From: the human T2T-CHM13v2.0 reference genome, Homo sapiens
Assembly: GCF_009914755.1 (NCBI RefSeq)
Contig: NC_060926.1
Reading direction: 5' to 3' (one strand)
Length of the DNA: 64,000 nucleotides
The notes under the pieces are model-generated. The model ran no database searches, had not been told where the DNA came from, and saw nothing but the letters and a program-made list of their open reading frames with translations. The position numbers and the translations under genes are program-made. Positions 26,503 to 39,713 of this stretch are shown one piece after another. Positions within the stretch are counted from its first letter, which is position 1. Every line of letters starts with the position of its first letter.

Positions 26503-27266
26503 CAGTGCCCATTTTTTTAAAAGATGGGCATAACATTTGTTCACTTTTCGACTGAAAAGGAACCTCTGTCCTTCATAGTTTAAAAGAAAAATTCCACAAG
26601 CTCGAGTTCTACCTGCATGCCATTAGGGCTGGCTCCCTTACATGCAACTGGCTTTCACAGATTCTCTGTAAGCTTTTGGCCCCTGCTCTAGTATGGCTTT
26701 AACTTTTCCTATACAACTGAATGTTGATTGTTTTACAGTTCACATCTGATATTTTTCTGGAGAGACTCGTAGACACATGATGACCTCACTTTTATTGTCC
26801 TCTGGAGCATTCCTTCCTGTCGTGGAAATTGGCTTAGGCCTCCCCCTCCACCAGTGCTGGGTCCAGGTCTTGCTCTGCTGCTGCTGAAGCAGCTTCTGTA
26901 ACACTTGGACCCCAAGAGGCAAGAGGCCCAAGGAGATGGGCAAAGGCATTGGGGCTCAGAATATTAAGGTCTGGGTTTGAAGGATGTTTTTGTTTGTTTT
27001 GGTACCTTCTATATTCCTTGCCAGTTCCATCCTCCTTTCAGCAGTAGTACTCTTCATTTCCGTTATACACTCTTCTATTTCTTTATAAACATCTTGAGTA
27101 CTCTGGCTTAATTTCCTCCATTTTATACATTTCCATTTGCCCTTCGGCTCTCAGTGAAACCCTAAGATGACTCAGCTTGTTTCCTGACTAATTGGCTTCC
27201 ACACTGCTAGAGTTTTTTATTAACTTGCAAAACTACCCTTTTGAATGGTAGTGCTGGATTACTTGG

Positions 27267-27392
27267 TGTGATGGCAAACTTTATGTGTCAACCTAGCTAG
27301 GCCATGGTACCCATATATTAGATTGGCCAAACACCAGTCTATATGTTGGCATGAAGACATTTTGTAGATGTGATTAACATTTAAATCAGTGG
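27267..27392 (+). mobile_element. MLT2 (ERVL) LTR 5' fragment
   Basis: TGTGATGGCAAACTTTATGTGTCAACCTAG...GATTAACATTTAAATCAGTG matches the MLT2 start; ends abruptly at the pseudogene. Confidence 0.8.
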
Positions 27393-28700
27393 GCTAGATT
27401 TTTACAGACTGCCTCATGGAATTTCTTGTAGTTCTTCTTGTCTTCTGCCAGCTCAGAGAACAGCTCAAGGCACTTCTTAACAATGTTTGTTTGAATGACT
27501 TTTAAGATTTTGCTCTGCTTAAGCATTTCTCGAGAGATGTTGAGGGGCAGATACTGAGAGTCAACCAAACCATGAATAAAATTGAGAAACTCTTGTGTCA
27601 ACTCATCACAGCTGTCCATGATGAACACACGATGGACAGCTTGATGTTGTTCTTTTTCTTCTTGTTCTCAAAGAGGTCAAAGGGAGCCCGTTGAGGGATG
27701 AGTAGCAATGCTCTAAATTCCAACTGACCTTCTACAGAGAAATGCTTGACTGCCAAGTGGTCTTCCCAGTTATTGGTGAGACTCTTGTAAAATTCTCCAT
27801 ATTTCTCCTGGGTGACATCATGAGGGTTTCTGGTCCAGATGAACTTGGCCTTGTTTAGCTCTTCCTAATCAATGTATTTCTCTTTAATTTTCTGGTCTTC
27901 TTTTTCTTACCCTTACTGCTATCATCTGAGCCTACATCTTCAATCTTGAGCCTTTCCTCAGCATCTTTATTTTCCTCTTTTTTCTCACCTATCTCTTCTT
28001 TTGCCTCATTGTCACCAGTTTCCTTCTCTCATTCCTTCCCCCAAATAAAGAGTGATGGGATAGCTTATGAACTATGAGTACTTCTTCACTACTTCTTTGA
28101 TTTGTCTCTCTTCTAAGTACTCTATCTGGTCTTCCTTAAGGTGGAGGATCACTTTGGTATCCCTGCTGGTGGGCTCACTGTGGTCAGCACATACAGTGGA
28201 GGAAGACTCTCAGGCATACTGTTCATCAGCATTGTGATGTGTGATCACAGTCACTTTCTGTGCCACCAGGTAGGCAGGCTAAAAACCAAACTGCTCAATC
28301 TTGGAGACTTGGCAATGGTTCCAAAATTATTTATGAGGTCATCCTTGGTCATGGCAATGCCTGTGTCCACAAAAGTCAGGGTGCATTCCTGAGAGTTGAA
28401 GATGATGTCAATTTTCATCTCTTTATTGCTGTTCAACTCAGAAGAGTCTGTCAGGCTCTCAGCAAATTCTGTTTAATGCATTAAATCCATTAGAGATCAA
28501 CTCCTGAAGAAAAATTTTCTGGTTGGAATAGAAGGTATTGATGTTGAGATACATGAATTGGGCAACTTCTGCCTGAAAAGCAAAAGTCTCCACCTCTTCC
28601 TTTCCCTGGTACACTTCCTCAAGCATCTTGAAAGGAAAGGGCCACAAGTACTAGAGAGCAGAGTGGGCCGGGACTGTCCAACTTGCACGTGGCATCAAGC
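27393..28700 (-). pseudogene. HSP90AB1: Processed pseudogene of HSP90AB1 (HSP90-beta), 3'-truncated. The symbol given is the parent gene; the specific HSP90ABnP locus was not determined
   Basis: ATG at 28626 ([23 protein letters not shown]...[18 protein letters not shown]), then KIDII...[22 protein letters not shown], the charged linker and [10 protein letters not shown]...[10 protein letters not shown]...[14 protein letters not shown]. Intronless, with stops (28210-28212, 27865-27867), frameshifts and deletions; ends near parent residue ~437 with no poly(A). Confidence 0.96.
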
Positions 28701-29799
28701 CTGAGCAAGGATAATTGTTAATTCCCAAGCCATAAGGTTCCAGATCTTCAATTGACCTCATCATGGATCAGCCTGTCATGCCTACAAGCTGAGCCACGGG
28801 ATCTTGCAGCAGAGTCCACCAGTGTCCACCTCTTCCCTGGGCTAAGGCTTCAACATGCCCGAGTTTTGCTTGAAAACTTGAGGCTGATGAATACTACTAG
28901 GCCGACCATCCCTGATGTTCTCAGTCACTATCTGGATGCCTCCCTAAGATGGGAGAGGAGGGAGGAGGTGCTTGATGGGGCACTCTGCGTGCTCGGCTGA
29001 GGAGTCTGAGCTCTATTCGAGGAGATGTTCAGGTATCATTGAGGGTTTTTATCACAGTATCATCATCTCTGGCTTTTATAACTACTGTGATCCCAAGTGA
29101 AGGTCTACAAATACCTTGTTCATACATTCCTTGCATTCTCATTGCAATATTTCAATAAGGAATAAGATCGTTAGCTATTTTCCTTGTTCACAAACAATCA
29201 CTATCTAACAAGAATTTAACTTAGAATGACCAAATCTGAGTCAGAGGCTGCTATGAGTTACTTCTTTATTTCTTGAAGCAGAGTCCTGTGAACGTGTCCT
29301 CAGCCTGTTGGCAGGGGCATGGCCAGAGGGGTGGGGCATGCGGAGGGAGACACACATCCTGGTGCTGGTTGACAAGGGCTCAGAAAGGCTTGTCTCTGGA
29401 AGTTCCAGGTCTGCAAGTGGGAAAAAAGAATGCCTATAAGAAATACAATTGCCTTCACTCATAAACCTTTATTCTTGGGAAACCCGTCAGAGTTCTGGAA
29501 ACAACCTCATCCTGGTTCAGTAAACCTCATTTTCTCTACAGCAGAGAAAGAGCAAACAAATTTGCTCATCACCTCTCCCTTCTTTTCCATTCTAAGGTAG
29601 CCTGGACAGGAAAGCTTTTCTTCCATGGCCTGCAGATTCTGACGGCACAGCACTAGAGGAACCACAAGTTCCTAAATTCCAGACTCCCTTGCCAAAGCTT
29701 CTCCATCCACTTCTGGCATCAGTGCCAAAGGGGCATGGGATGAGTGGGGATCCATCTAAAATTGGTCCAACTGTTTTAATAATATTAATGTTGTGTAAT

Positions 29800-30000
29800 A
29801 TGAATAACAACAAGAATAATAGTAACTACTTAGAGAGTGCTTTCTCAGAACCAGGCATGGTGCTGGCACTAAGCTTTTGACTTGCATTATTCCATCAGGG
29901 ATATATTATTATTTCCATTTTCCAGATGAAAAAACTGAAGCTCAGAAAGGTTAACAACTTTTCAAGGATCCACACCTAGTACATGGTTAGTACATGGTTG
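29800..30000 (-). mobile_element. MIR SINE
   Basis: CCATTTTCCAGATGAAAAAACTGAAGCTCAGAAAGGTTAA, antisense MIR core. Confidence 0.8.
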
Positions 30001-31982
30001 GAGAGGTGGTTCTTATGCCTATTGAAAAGCACTGTGGTCTCCAGCAGGAGCTATGGCTGCCAAAGGATGAAAGTCGCTGGGGTGAACACGGAGGATGAAG
30101 CAGTTGGCTCCTATGTGCCAGGTCTAGTTAGGTGTCTTCCAGAACAGCAGTGGCTCTAGACACTCAATATCTCCAAAGTCACCCCAGAGTGGGCCTAAAC
30201 TTCCTGAGCCTGAGGTATCCTTGACCTCATCTCAGGGTTTCCTGGGCCATAGGCTGCTTCTTAAATTCAGTTCTTGCAACTGCTACCCCAGTTCACCTTA
30301 GTGATGCTCATCAGACATAGCATTCCCAACACATCCTCTTCACTCTGGCAATGTAAGTCCAGGGCTGTTTAGGGATAGGGAGCATGGGAGGGGTGGTAAG
30401 GAACTGCTTCTTAATCCTCTTGTCCTTCTTTGCTTTTGATCTCTCTCCACATCTTTAACTGTGATCCAATGAGATGTCTAGATAGCCTGGTGTCCACAAC
30501 CCTAGACCTCTAGGGGAAAATGGTTTGCTCTGAATGGCTGGGACAGGAACCATTCACAATTGCAGGTCAGATCAATGCATGGCCAGTGAAGGCACACTCC
30601 TCTCGCACATTCCTGCGCAGTATGTGCTTCTGTGAAGAGGTGGGAAGATGTACAATTAGGTGAAGTCTGCTCCCACGCCCTTTTAGTATTACTGTTTCAG
30701 TGACACCAGTGGGGAGAATGTGAAAACAATTAATTTCAGAACAAAAGCAGACAGTGCTGTCTTGCCAGGGCTTTAGACACAGAGTCCCTGCCTGGAGTTA
30801 CTGGCAAAAAGGAACAGTAGGATCTGAGATATCCGGCCATGGAGATCTAAGGAAAACCAGAGGTTTACCCAGGAACCAAATGATTCATCACAGGAACATT
30901 GTCCATTTGCTCAGCTTCCTGCTTCCATCCCTTATCCCTAAACAGCTCTAGACTTACTTTGCCAGAGTGAAGAGGATAGGTTGGGAACACTATGTCTGAT
31001 GAGCATTGCTAAGGTGAACTGAGGTAGCAGTTGCAAGGACTGAGTTTCAGAAGCAGTCTATGGCCTAGGAAACCCTGAGAGGAGGTCAAGGATACCGCGG
31101 GGCTTAGGAAGTTTAGGCCCACTCTGGGGAGTGCTGCAGGTGCTAATGGAGGTTATCGGTGCACAGATCAAAAGGGAGATGCCATGAAAAGGAAATGCAC
31201 GCGGGGCATCTGAGGACAGAGAGCGCTTCTCTGTTCTTTAGCTCTTTGCATTTCAGATCTAGTGTCTTCCTTTGCAGCCTTTCAGAGCTCTGTAGCCTGG
31301 CAGGTGTGCTAGGCCTCCTGTCTAGGCCGAGAGGTTGCTGAATTCATGCTTCATTTCCTGCTGCAGGTAAGATTATTGTGAGAGAGGGTCTTTTTGTCTT
31401 TTTGGTCATTAGGTTTAAAATCCAAGCGAATCATAATATTTGTTAGGTCTTTAGATTATGTTGGCTTCGGAAAAGGCCCATTTCAACGTAGGTATTTGAG
31501 TGGAATTATCCTTTCTGCCTATGTGCTATGAAAATTTTCTACTTTCAGAACCTGTGTTTAGAACTCAGTGTGAAAAACCAGTCAACACACATACCACACA
31601 GCACTCAGTGAGTTTTCCAACAGAATAATAAATGGCCCAGAGCTAAGTTGAAAGCAGTGTGTGCTATGAAACAAGGAAAATTAGAAATCACCATTTGATT
31701 CAAAGTTTGAAGTCACAGTATGATTTGGTTACAGGTGGCACCAGCTATTGTGATGTTAGCATGGTTGAGAAATTACCTTAGCATTCCTACCCAGTTTCAT
31801 GAATAATGCAACCTTTCTTTTGGGCCACTTGGAAGACTTCCAGCAAAAATGTAGCCCTTATCAATTCCTAGGAGCACAATTGTTCTCATAAAGAGATTAA
31901 AATTCAGCCAATAAAACATCTAGAGAAAATAAATCAAGTAAAATCGTTCTTTTTATTCATTTGTAAATGTTTGATTCAAAGT

Positions 31983-32150
31983 CAGGGTTTCTGGAAATGT
32001 GGTTTGCAGACCTCCTGCATCAGAATCACCTTGTGAATCTTCTGGGCTTCACTACAGTTGGGAATCTGAATCCCCGTTGAGAGTCTGGAGAGTGATAGGT
32101 AATAGATTGCTCAGGTGATCCGGGGACATCTTCAAGTTTGAGAACCGCCC
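31983..32150. mobile_element. MER5A-like hAT-Charlie element
   Basis: CTGCATCAGAATCACCT...CAGGTGATC...AAGTTTGAGAACC. Confidence 0.7.
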
Positions 32151-32264
32151 CTAGAGTAGTTGATCACTTCACAGCCCAAACATCCATGCCTCACAAAACT
32201 TGCCAGTGGACTCATGCTTTCTTCCTGGCCTGAAATTTATAGAGTTAGAGTCATTAATCTCAGT

Positions 32265-32670
32265 TAATTCAATTCATCAAGCATTTATTGAGGAATATCT
32301 GTGTGCTGTCAAGGATACAAGAATAGGTAGGGCCCAGTTCTTGTCCTCACTAATCTTATAATCTAAGAAGAAGAATCAGACAAATGCAGAAATAAACACA
32401 ATCCCAGGCAGAAAATGATGAGCTCTTTCAGAAGAGGGATCTCTACTTAGTACCAGAAGTTCAGAGAAAGGGGCCGCACTCTGCAGAGAAGACTAGGAAA
32501 GTTGTGGTTTTTGAGATGGGCCTTCAATGATGGGTAGAATTTCACAAGCGGAGATGCAGGGTACACTGGGATTACGTGAAGAAAGAATGATGAGAGAACA
32601 GGTATGGAACCACAGATTAGCAAATTTGAGCTAGTTCAGGGCTATCTCATGACTGCCTGGAATGCTGGGT
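32265..32670 (-). mobile_element. L2 3' end
   Basis: ATTCAATTCATCAAGCATTTATTGAG followed by L2-antisense purine-rich sequence. Confidence 0.7.
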
Positions 32671-32675
32671 AGAGT

Positions 32676-33470
32676 CTTTTTTTTATTGGGATATAATTCA
32701 TTTATAAGACTCATCCTTTTAAAGTGTACAATTCAGTAATTTTAGTGTATTCACAGACTGTGCAACCTTCAACACTAATTCAGAACATTTTTATGATCCC
32801 TAAAACAAATCCAGCCCTACTGTCAATCATTCCCCATTCTCCCCTCCCCCAGGCTCTGGCAACCACTAATCTACTTTCTCACTACACGGATTGGGCACAT
32901 GATTTGTTCATAATTAAATAGGGAGTAGGGAACTACTAATGATTTTAATTGAGGTAAATTTACATACAGTTAAATGCACAGATCTTAAGGGTACAATTCA
33001 ATGAGTTTTGACAACATATATACTCATCTTACTGATTCTCCAAAATAAAGAACATTTTCTTCGCTCTAGAAAGTTCTCTTGTGGGCCCTTCTAGCCAATT
33101 CATGCTCCATAGGCAACCATTATCCTGATTTTTGTCATCATAAATTAGTTTTGTTTTTTCTCAAACTTTATATAAATGGAAGCACACAGTATATACTCTT
33201 TTGTGTCTGGCTTCTGTTTCTCAGAATAATATTTGGAGATTCATTCATGTTGTGTGTGTCAGTGGTTCATTCTTTTTTGTTGCTAAATAGTATGAATGTG
33301 CCACATTTTCTCTCTCTTGCTGTTGATGGACATTTGAGTTGTTTCCAGTTTATGAACACTTGTGAGCTAAGCAGCTGTAAAGTTTCTCATGCATGTCTCT
33401 TTGTGGATATATGCTTTCCTTTGGGGGTAGGGGTAAATATGTAGGAATGGAATTGTTGGTCTGCAATCTA
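32676..33470 (-). mobile_element. Two adjacent L1M 3'UTR fragments (32676-32890 and 32940-33470)
   Basis: TTTAAAGTGTACAATTCAGT...GGCAACCACTAATCTACTTTC and CTTAAGGGTACAATTCAATGAGTTTTGAC...GATGGACATTTGAGTTGTTTCCAG. Confidence 0.8.
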
Positions 33471-34566
33471 CAGCTTTTGTTTTGTTTTTTGGCAAGAATG
33501 TGATCCACCAGGACTGAACTTTGAGAAAATGAATGCAACAGCAGTATACAGTGAAAATTAGGAATGGGGAAGTTAGGAAAATCAAGAGGAATGATGTCCT
33601 TTGTGATTGGGAGTCAGCTTATATGGAACTTGGAAAATGAGTGGATATGAGCAGGCAGTGGAAACAGAAGTTTCAAAAACAGCTATTTATTTGGTCTCTA
33701 CTCTCCAAGGGATTCTTAGGTTCCAGGCAGTCTGGCGGGTGGCATGATGGAGTCATATTGGTGAGAAAGATAAATATTCTGGTTTTAGACAACAAGATGG
33801 ATCACTGTCCCCAAAAGGCCATTTCTCAGCACTTCCCCAAGTGCCTGGCACAGAGTGTTAGTGGAATGAATGAACTACTAACAGTCATTTGATACTTAGG
33901 AAGAACGAAAGGGCATTGGGGAGAGTGGGTGGGCTGAGGCAGCAGCTCATACACCAGAAATTAGCCCACTTACGGGACTGGTTGATTAGATTAGTTACTT
34001 GTGTAATGAGGTGGAGAATTTTATTCATCAGAAATTCTCCTCCATAATTGCTCCCAAGAAAATCAGTCAGAGTGTGCCTTGTGGTTCTCCCTCCCTCCCC
34101 CAGCCCTTCCCCAGGGAATCTTTTGGAGCTCTTGAGACATGTTTATTCTAAAAGTGTATTTATGGACACCACAGAGCACAAGAAGGGTGCTGAATTCAAA
34201 TTTAAGAAATTTGGAGTGGGTTTTTTTCATTGCTATGCTGACTGTGAACAACTTTAATAATCTATTTCTCAGTTTTCCTATCTGTAGAATGGGAATAATC
34301 ATAATAATACCTGTTTCATTTCTCATAAATAAGTAGATTTAAAATCAGAAGAAATTTTAAATGCTAAAGTGTTTTGAAAAAGGTAGGCTCCCCATCACTT
34401 TCCAAATAATGAAACGACCTACAACCTTTTCAGCTTGTCTTTCAAGGTTTTCTTTGCCCAGTGGTCCAAACTGCCTTCTAGTTTATTCTCTCACTATTCT
34501 CTCCACTGACAACTGGCTGGACATTAGCTGTAGCCAGACATGTCCTGGTGCTCACCCACAGCCATG

Positions 34567-34600
34567 CTCCATCGTAGCCTCTGCTCCATAGTAGCCTCTG
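34567..34600. repeat. 17-bp tandem duplication
   Basis: CTCCATCGTAGCCTCTG then CTCCATAGTAGCCTCTG. Confidence 0.9.
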
Positions 34601-36144
34601 CCTGGACCCATGAAATCCTTCCCAAGCTCTGTCATTCACATTAACTCTTTCATAGCGTCTCTCCTTACAATACCTTCCTCTTCTGCTTTGGCACCTAGAT
34701 TATAGCAGAAGTCACCTGTCCCTGAGGTTGAAATAAAATTGACTCAACCCAATCCCACGGGAAGTGCAACACACCCTCTCTCCATTTCTCCATGTTCTGG
34801 GGAACTACAGACTCATGGGCACTTAGGCTCCAAGTTACTGCTCTGTCTAAAACTGTAAACTCTCTGTGTCTCACCTTCTGTGGCTCTTTCTTCTCTCAGC
34901 AGATATGGCAGTCACCCCACCTACCTTTTTTTAATTCCTACCACACAAACCACTCAGAGGAGAAGACATTTGTGTGTAAAGTTTACTAACAAGTTGGCGC
35001 AGTGAAGGGAGGTTTCCAGTACTACACTACAACATGGATGCATAATATTAAATCTTATTCATCTTTCATCTTAAAAGTTCTCTGGCTGCCCTGCTACAAG
35101 AATATCTCATGGCCATTCTTCCCCATGGCCAGAGCCTCTGCCTTCTGGCCTGTCCCCACTCCCCATCTTTCTTCCTCCTTCCCTCTCTTCTTTACTTTCC
35201 GTTTCTTAACCCCAAATTCTCTAGCTTGTTCTTTGTTTCATCATCTCCTTCCAGATGTCAGTTTTAGGGTCTCACCTTCACTCCTGGAAGGGTTTGTCAA
35301 GGCTTTTGGTAATTTTTTTTTCCTAAAGAAAAATGGTTCCCTCTTTAAAATGTATTTGCTAGCTTTTAAAATATTTTTTTCCAGTTATATTGATTGATGT
35401 TATTTATGAATATGTCTTACAGCCCCTTCTGTTGTATGCTCCCCTCAAGGCAGGTTTATCTGTGATTCGTCTCAGAGTTTAAACCCAATGCCTTGTATGT
35501 AGTACAGCCTCAGTGTTAAATGAATGAATAAAAAGCTGGTATTTTCTATATAACCCCAGAAAAAGCAAAGCGGAAGAAACAGAAGCACCAGGTTTCCATG
35601 TTAGGATACTAATATGATTCAATCACCACTGGAAGAGATCAATACGGGGTCCAGAGGGCTGCTCCTGAACTCACCCTGACCCTAATGAGCAGGTGAATGC
35701 TGGGGCCAAGGTCGATGCAGGCTTTGTGCTGTGCCTGTTCCTCGGGAAATGAGTTTGCAGCACCGATTCTTTTCAGAGAGGCTGCTGACCTTCAGTTGAA
35801 TGATATCAATTTATGATCATTATCAATGAGAACTAGAACTGTTCCTGTGACCCGTGGGATTGGTCCTCCCCATCCCACATGTAACCCTTCAGATCAGATT
35901 TCCTTCAGTGAAATCAGAATTGTCACTAGGAGGACAAATTCAAGGCAGAATTACAAAAACCGGCTGATTGGAAGCATGAAACATGAATTTTATTATGAAT
36001 GCTCTGCCATTCATCTGGCTAAAAAATGGGAAGGAGAAGACTCCGGCTTGGGCACCAATGAAAGAGGCTATCAAACAAGGAAAATGTTCTTGAAATTGTC
36101 ATTGAACCCAGCGGTTCTTTAGATCCTGAAATTAAACATAGCGC

Positions 36145-36380
36145 TAATATTTATAGGGCTTTATAGTTCACTAGGGGATTCAAAAGGTGCATGATCTCAC
36201 TAAATCCTCACAATAAGCCCATAAAGATCATTACCACTACCATTCCACAGATGAGGGAACCGAGACCCACAGAGGCCAATTTTCCAGTATTTAGGAACAT
36301 ACCTAGGAGATGGCAGAGCTGAAATTGGAAGCTTGTCTTCAGACTTCAATCTTTATTTATTTTTCCATCACATAATGCTA
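36145..36380 (-). mobile_element. MIR SINE
   Basis: TAAATCCTCACAATAAGCCC...CATTCCACAGATGAGGGAACCGAGACCCACAGAGG. Confidence 0.75.
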
Positions 36381-36718
36381 CCTTGCCTGTAGCATAACTG
36401 TAGAACCTTGTCCATATATTGCATGTTCATAGTTCTGGGACGTAAGAGTCTATAATGTATAAAATCATTGGCTTAAATGAGTGATGCAATAGGCTTAGTT
36501 ACCAGTAATAAAGTTACATGCTTAAAAGTAATGGTTTGAGTCAATAAATAATTTTGCTATTCTGTACATCAGTTTTGACTCATTACTTGGAGTGAGCAAA
36601 CCTGGAGTGTATAACACCTGATTGAAGAGATGCACACAGGGTTTTAGAAAGCTGGAAGAGAAAAAAGTGGGATGTACTTTCTCTCCCAGCTCCAGGCACT
36701 TCTTCCCTACTTCACCAG

Positions 36719-36767
36719 GCTGGAATGGTCAGCATGGCATGGTCAGCTGGAATGGTCAACATGGCAT
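36719..36767. repeat. 27-bp-period tandem duplication
   Basis: GCTGGAATGGTCAGCATGGCATGGTCA then GCTGGAATGGTCAACATGGCAT. Confidence 0.85.
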
Positions 36768-36769
36768 CC

Positions 36770-37440
36770 TATGTTTTGGAGTCTAACTGGCGTGGGTGTC
36801 CTGCCTCTTCCATCCACTTTGCACAAGTTACTTATCCTCTCTAAGCTTCAGTTTCCTTTTCCTCATCTAAAGAATGGAAACACGTCTGTTAGGATTCTTT
36901 GATTGCAAGCAACAGAAACAGATTCACTTTTGCCAGAAAGGGTAATGTATTGGAATAATCTTAGTTCTCTGCCAGAAACAAAGGAAAAGGCCTTGCAAAG
37001 AATGGAAACTAGGCAACTCCATGGATCGAGATGACAGAAGAAGTATATTCTCCTCAGCATTCTGACACCAGAATGACTCCACCCTAACCATTTGTCATCC
37101 TGGGTTCTCACAGGGTAAGCTTGATTGGCTTACCTTGAGTCATGTGTCTCCACTTTGGTAGGAAGGAGGGGTAGGGGATTTTGACTGACAGGCTCCGGAA
37201 CCACAAGGACTGGGGCAGAGGCAACTACTTAAAGAAAAATTGGAGTGCTGCTTTGAAAAAAGAGGAAGACAAAAACAAAAAACAAATAAAAAATCCCCCA
37301 GAGATTTAAATGGGAATTTTTAAAAATAGGACTTCATAGGACTGTTTTTACGATTAAAGATGTAATAAATTTAAAGTGCTTAGCACAATGTCTGACACAC
37401 AGTAGGTGCTTGATAAATATTTAGCAATAAATAGTTGTTA
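36770..37440 (+). mobile_element. MIR split by an old MLT1 (J/K-like) LTR at ~36887-37265
   Basis: MIR core CACAAGTTACTTATCCTCTCTAAGCTTCAGTTTCC before the insert and MIR tail AAAGTGCTTAGCACAATGTCTGACACACAGTAGGTGCTTGATAAAT after; insert begins TGTTAGGATTCTTTGATTGCAAGCAACAGAAAC (antisense MLT1). Confidence 0.7.
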
Positions 37441-38709
37441 GACTGGAGCAGAAGTGAGCTGAGAAGGAATACGAATAATGAAGGAGAAAATAAATAAAGA
37501 AAAGGATTCAACAGGTGGCTTGGCAGGGCAAAGAACAGACCTCCTCCTTCCCCTGATACCATGACCACCCTTAAAATACCATGAAATCTGTAGTGAATGC
37601 TTTTAATTATTTGAACATTCTATTTTGTATAAAGAATGCCAAGAATGCTAACTGCACAGACACCAGTAAATGGTCACAACCAGAGGCTGTTTCTCCTACT
37701 AAACTGAATAACAGATACATAGATACACCTGTATAGAAACAAATGGCAATAAAGATGAAGTATAAATGATTCATTTTCAGAAAATTCAGTTTTAACCATC
37801 TAAGGAGTGGAAAGGATATTTTATAATTATTATGATGAAATCATTTAAAAATTACAGTAAAATAGTTTTCACTTATTCTCGTGCAACATGAGTGAAAGGT
37901 ATTGGCAATTAACAATTATACTGTGATATTTCTGCGTACCACACTAACTGCAACGAACATTAATATTTATATGTTACCTACACTCTTACTGACCAAGCCA
38001 GATTTGGTCCCTCGATCCTCATTTCTCAATTCCTAGAGACATAAATGGGAGTTGCAAGTGAGTATCTGAAGACACATTTTCAACTGCTGTAGTTTGTCAT
38101 TCTTATAGTTTATATCCTGAAAGCTTCATAACCATGGCAAATCAGCTCTCACTCTGGGAATGGTCTTAAACAAGTTGGAAGCCATAAACCTATGGACAGT
38201 GCCAAATGTATCTGAACAATCACTCACCTTAATGGTGAAAACGTGGCTCTATTATTTCTAAAATCACGAAGTATTTAAATTGTGATTTTGAACAAAACAA
38301 TGGTACCTATGTATCTATCAAATCAAATGGACACAGCTTCAGACGTTTACACTGGGACTACTTTGTGTGATACTAGGGAATACAGGTCTCTTTTGGTTCT
38401 CACATGTGTATGTAAATCTTGACATTTCTTTAGAATCTTAAAACAGAATAGACTTAATGCATCTCAGTTATAAGCCTTTTGCCTCAAAGTGTCCCATCCT
38501 CTACTAAGAGAACCTGCCTTTTGGGGATTAGGTAATGCCTACAAAATTTGAAACAACTCAGATTTCAGAAATGTATTTTGCATCCATGCTTACTTCATTT
38601 ACAGGAATAACAGGCTAGGAACTTTACAAATCTCTATTTTTTTTTTTTTTTTTAACAATCCTTGAATGTTCTCAATGAGTGGAGAACTTCTTTTTTTTTA
38701 TTTTTAAGA

Positions 38710-39081
<372 letters not shown>

Positions 39082-39713
39082 TTAGTAAGTTACATTTACT
39101 AATTTATAATTTATATTTATAATTTAATTGCATAAATTATATTTAGGGAAAGGCAGGACTGCAATATGTAGTTTTAGAGAACTAAAAACAGGAAAAATAT
39201 GTTTACTTGTTATTTAAGTTTGAACGCATGTCTTGGTGCTTATCTTGTATTTATAAAGTGCTGAGGATTTAAAAAACTCATTCCTGTTGACTGATTTTTA
39301 ATGAATTTGCAATTGAGTATTTTTGTTGGGGTCCACAACATACTTGCTGTATGGGACACTTACATGTGCCACCTAGTATCCTTAGAGAGAATAAAGTTCC
39401 CACAGTATTGAGCCCATTGCACTGCTCCAGCCCAGCTCTTAAAATTCTGGTCAGCATCTCCCAATCAGATATGGAAAAGTATCAAGTCGTCTTGGCAAAG
39501 TGGCAGCAAATTAGTGGCTTATAGATAAATACATGCTTGTCATTACCTGCAAGTAATAACATATAGGGTAAACAAACAGTACATGAAACTGTTTAAACCA
39601 TTAATTATTGGAGATTTTGCATGTCCAATCTCATGTTTGAAATCAACTTTTTTCCTCTTGTCTATGGAGAATAAATGTATAGGATATCTAAAAATAGATA
39701 CATAAAATTTTAA

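Noticed and set aside
26500-27266. Searched for the missing C-terminal half of the HSP90AB1 retrocopy
   Set aside because: No similarity to KLGIHEDSTNR...MEEVD in any minus-strand frame I could read
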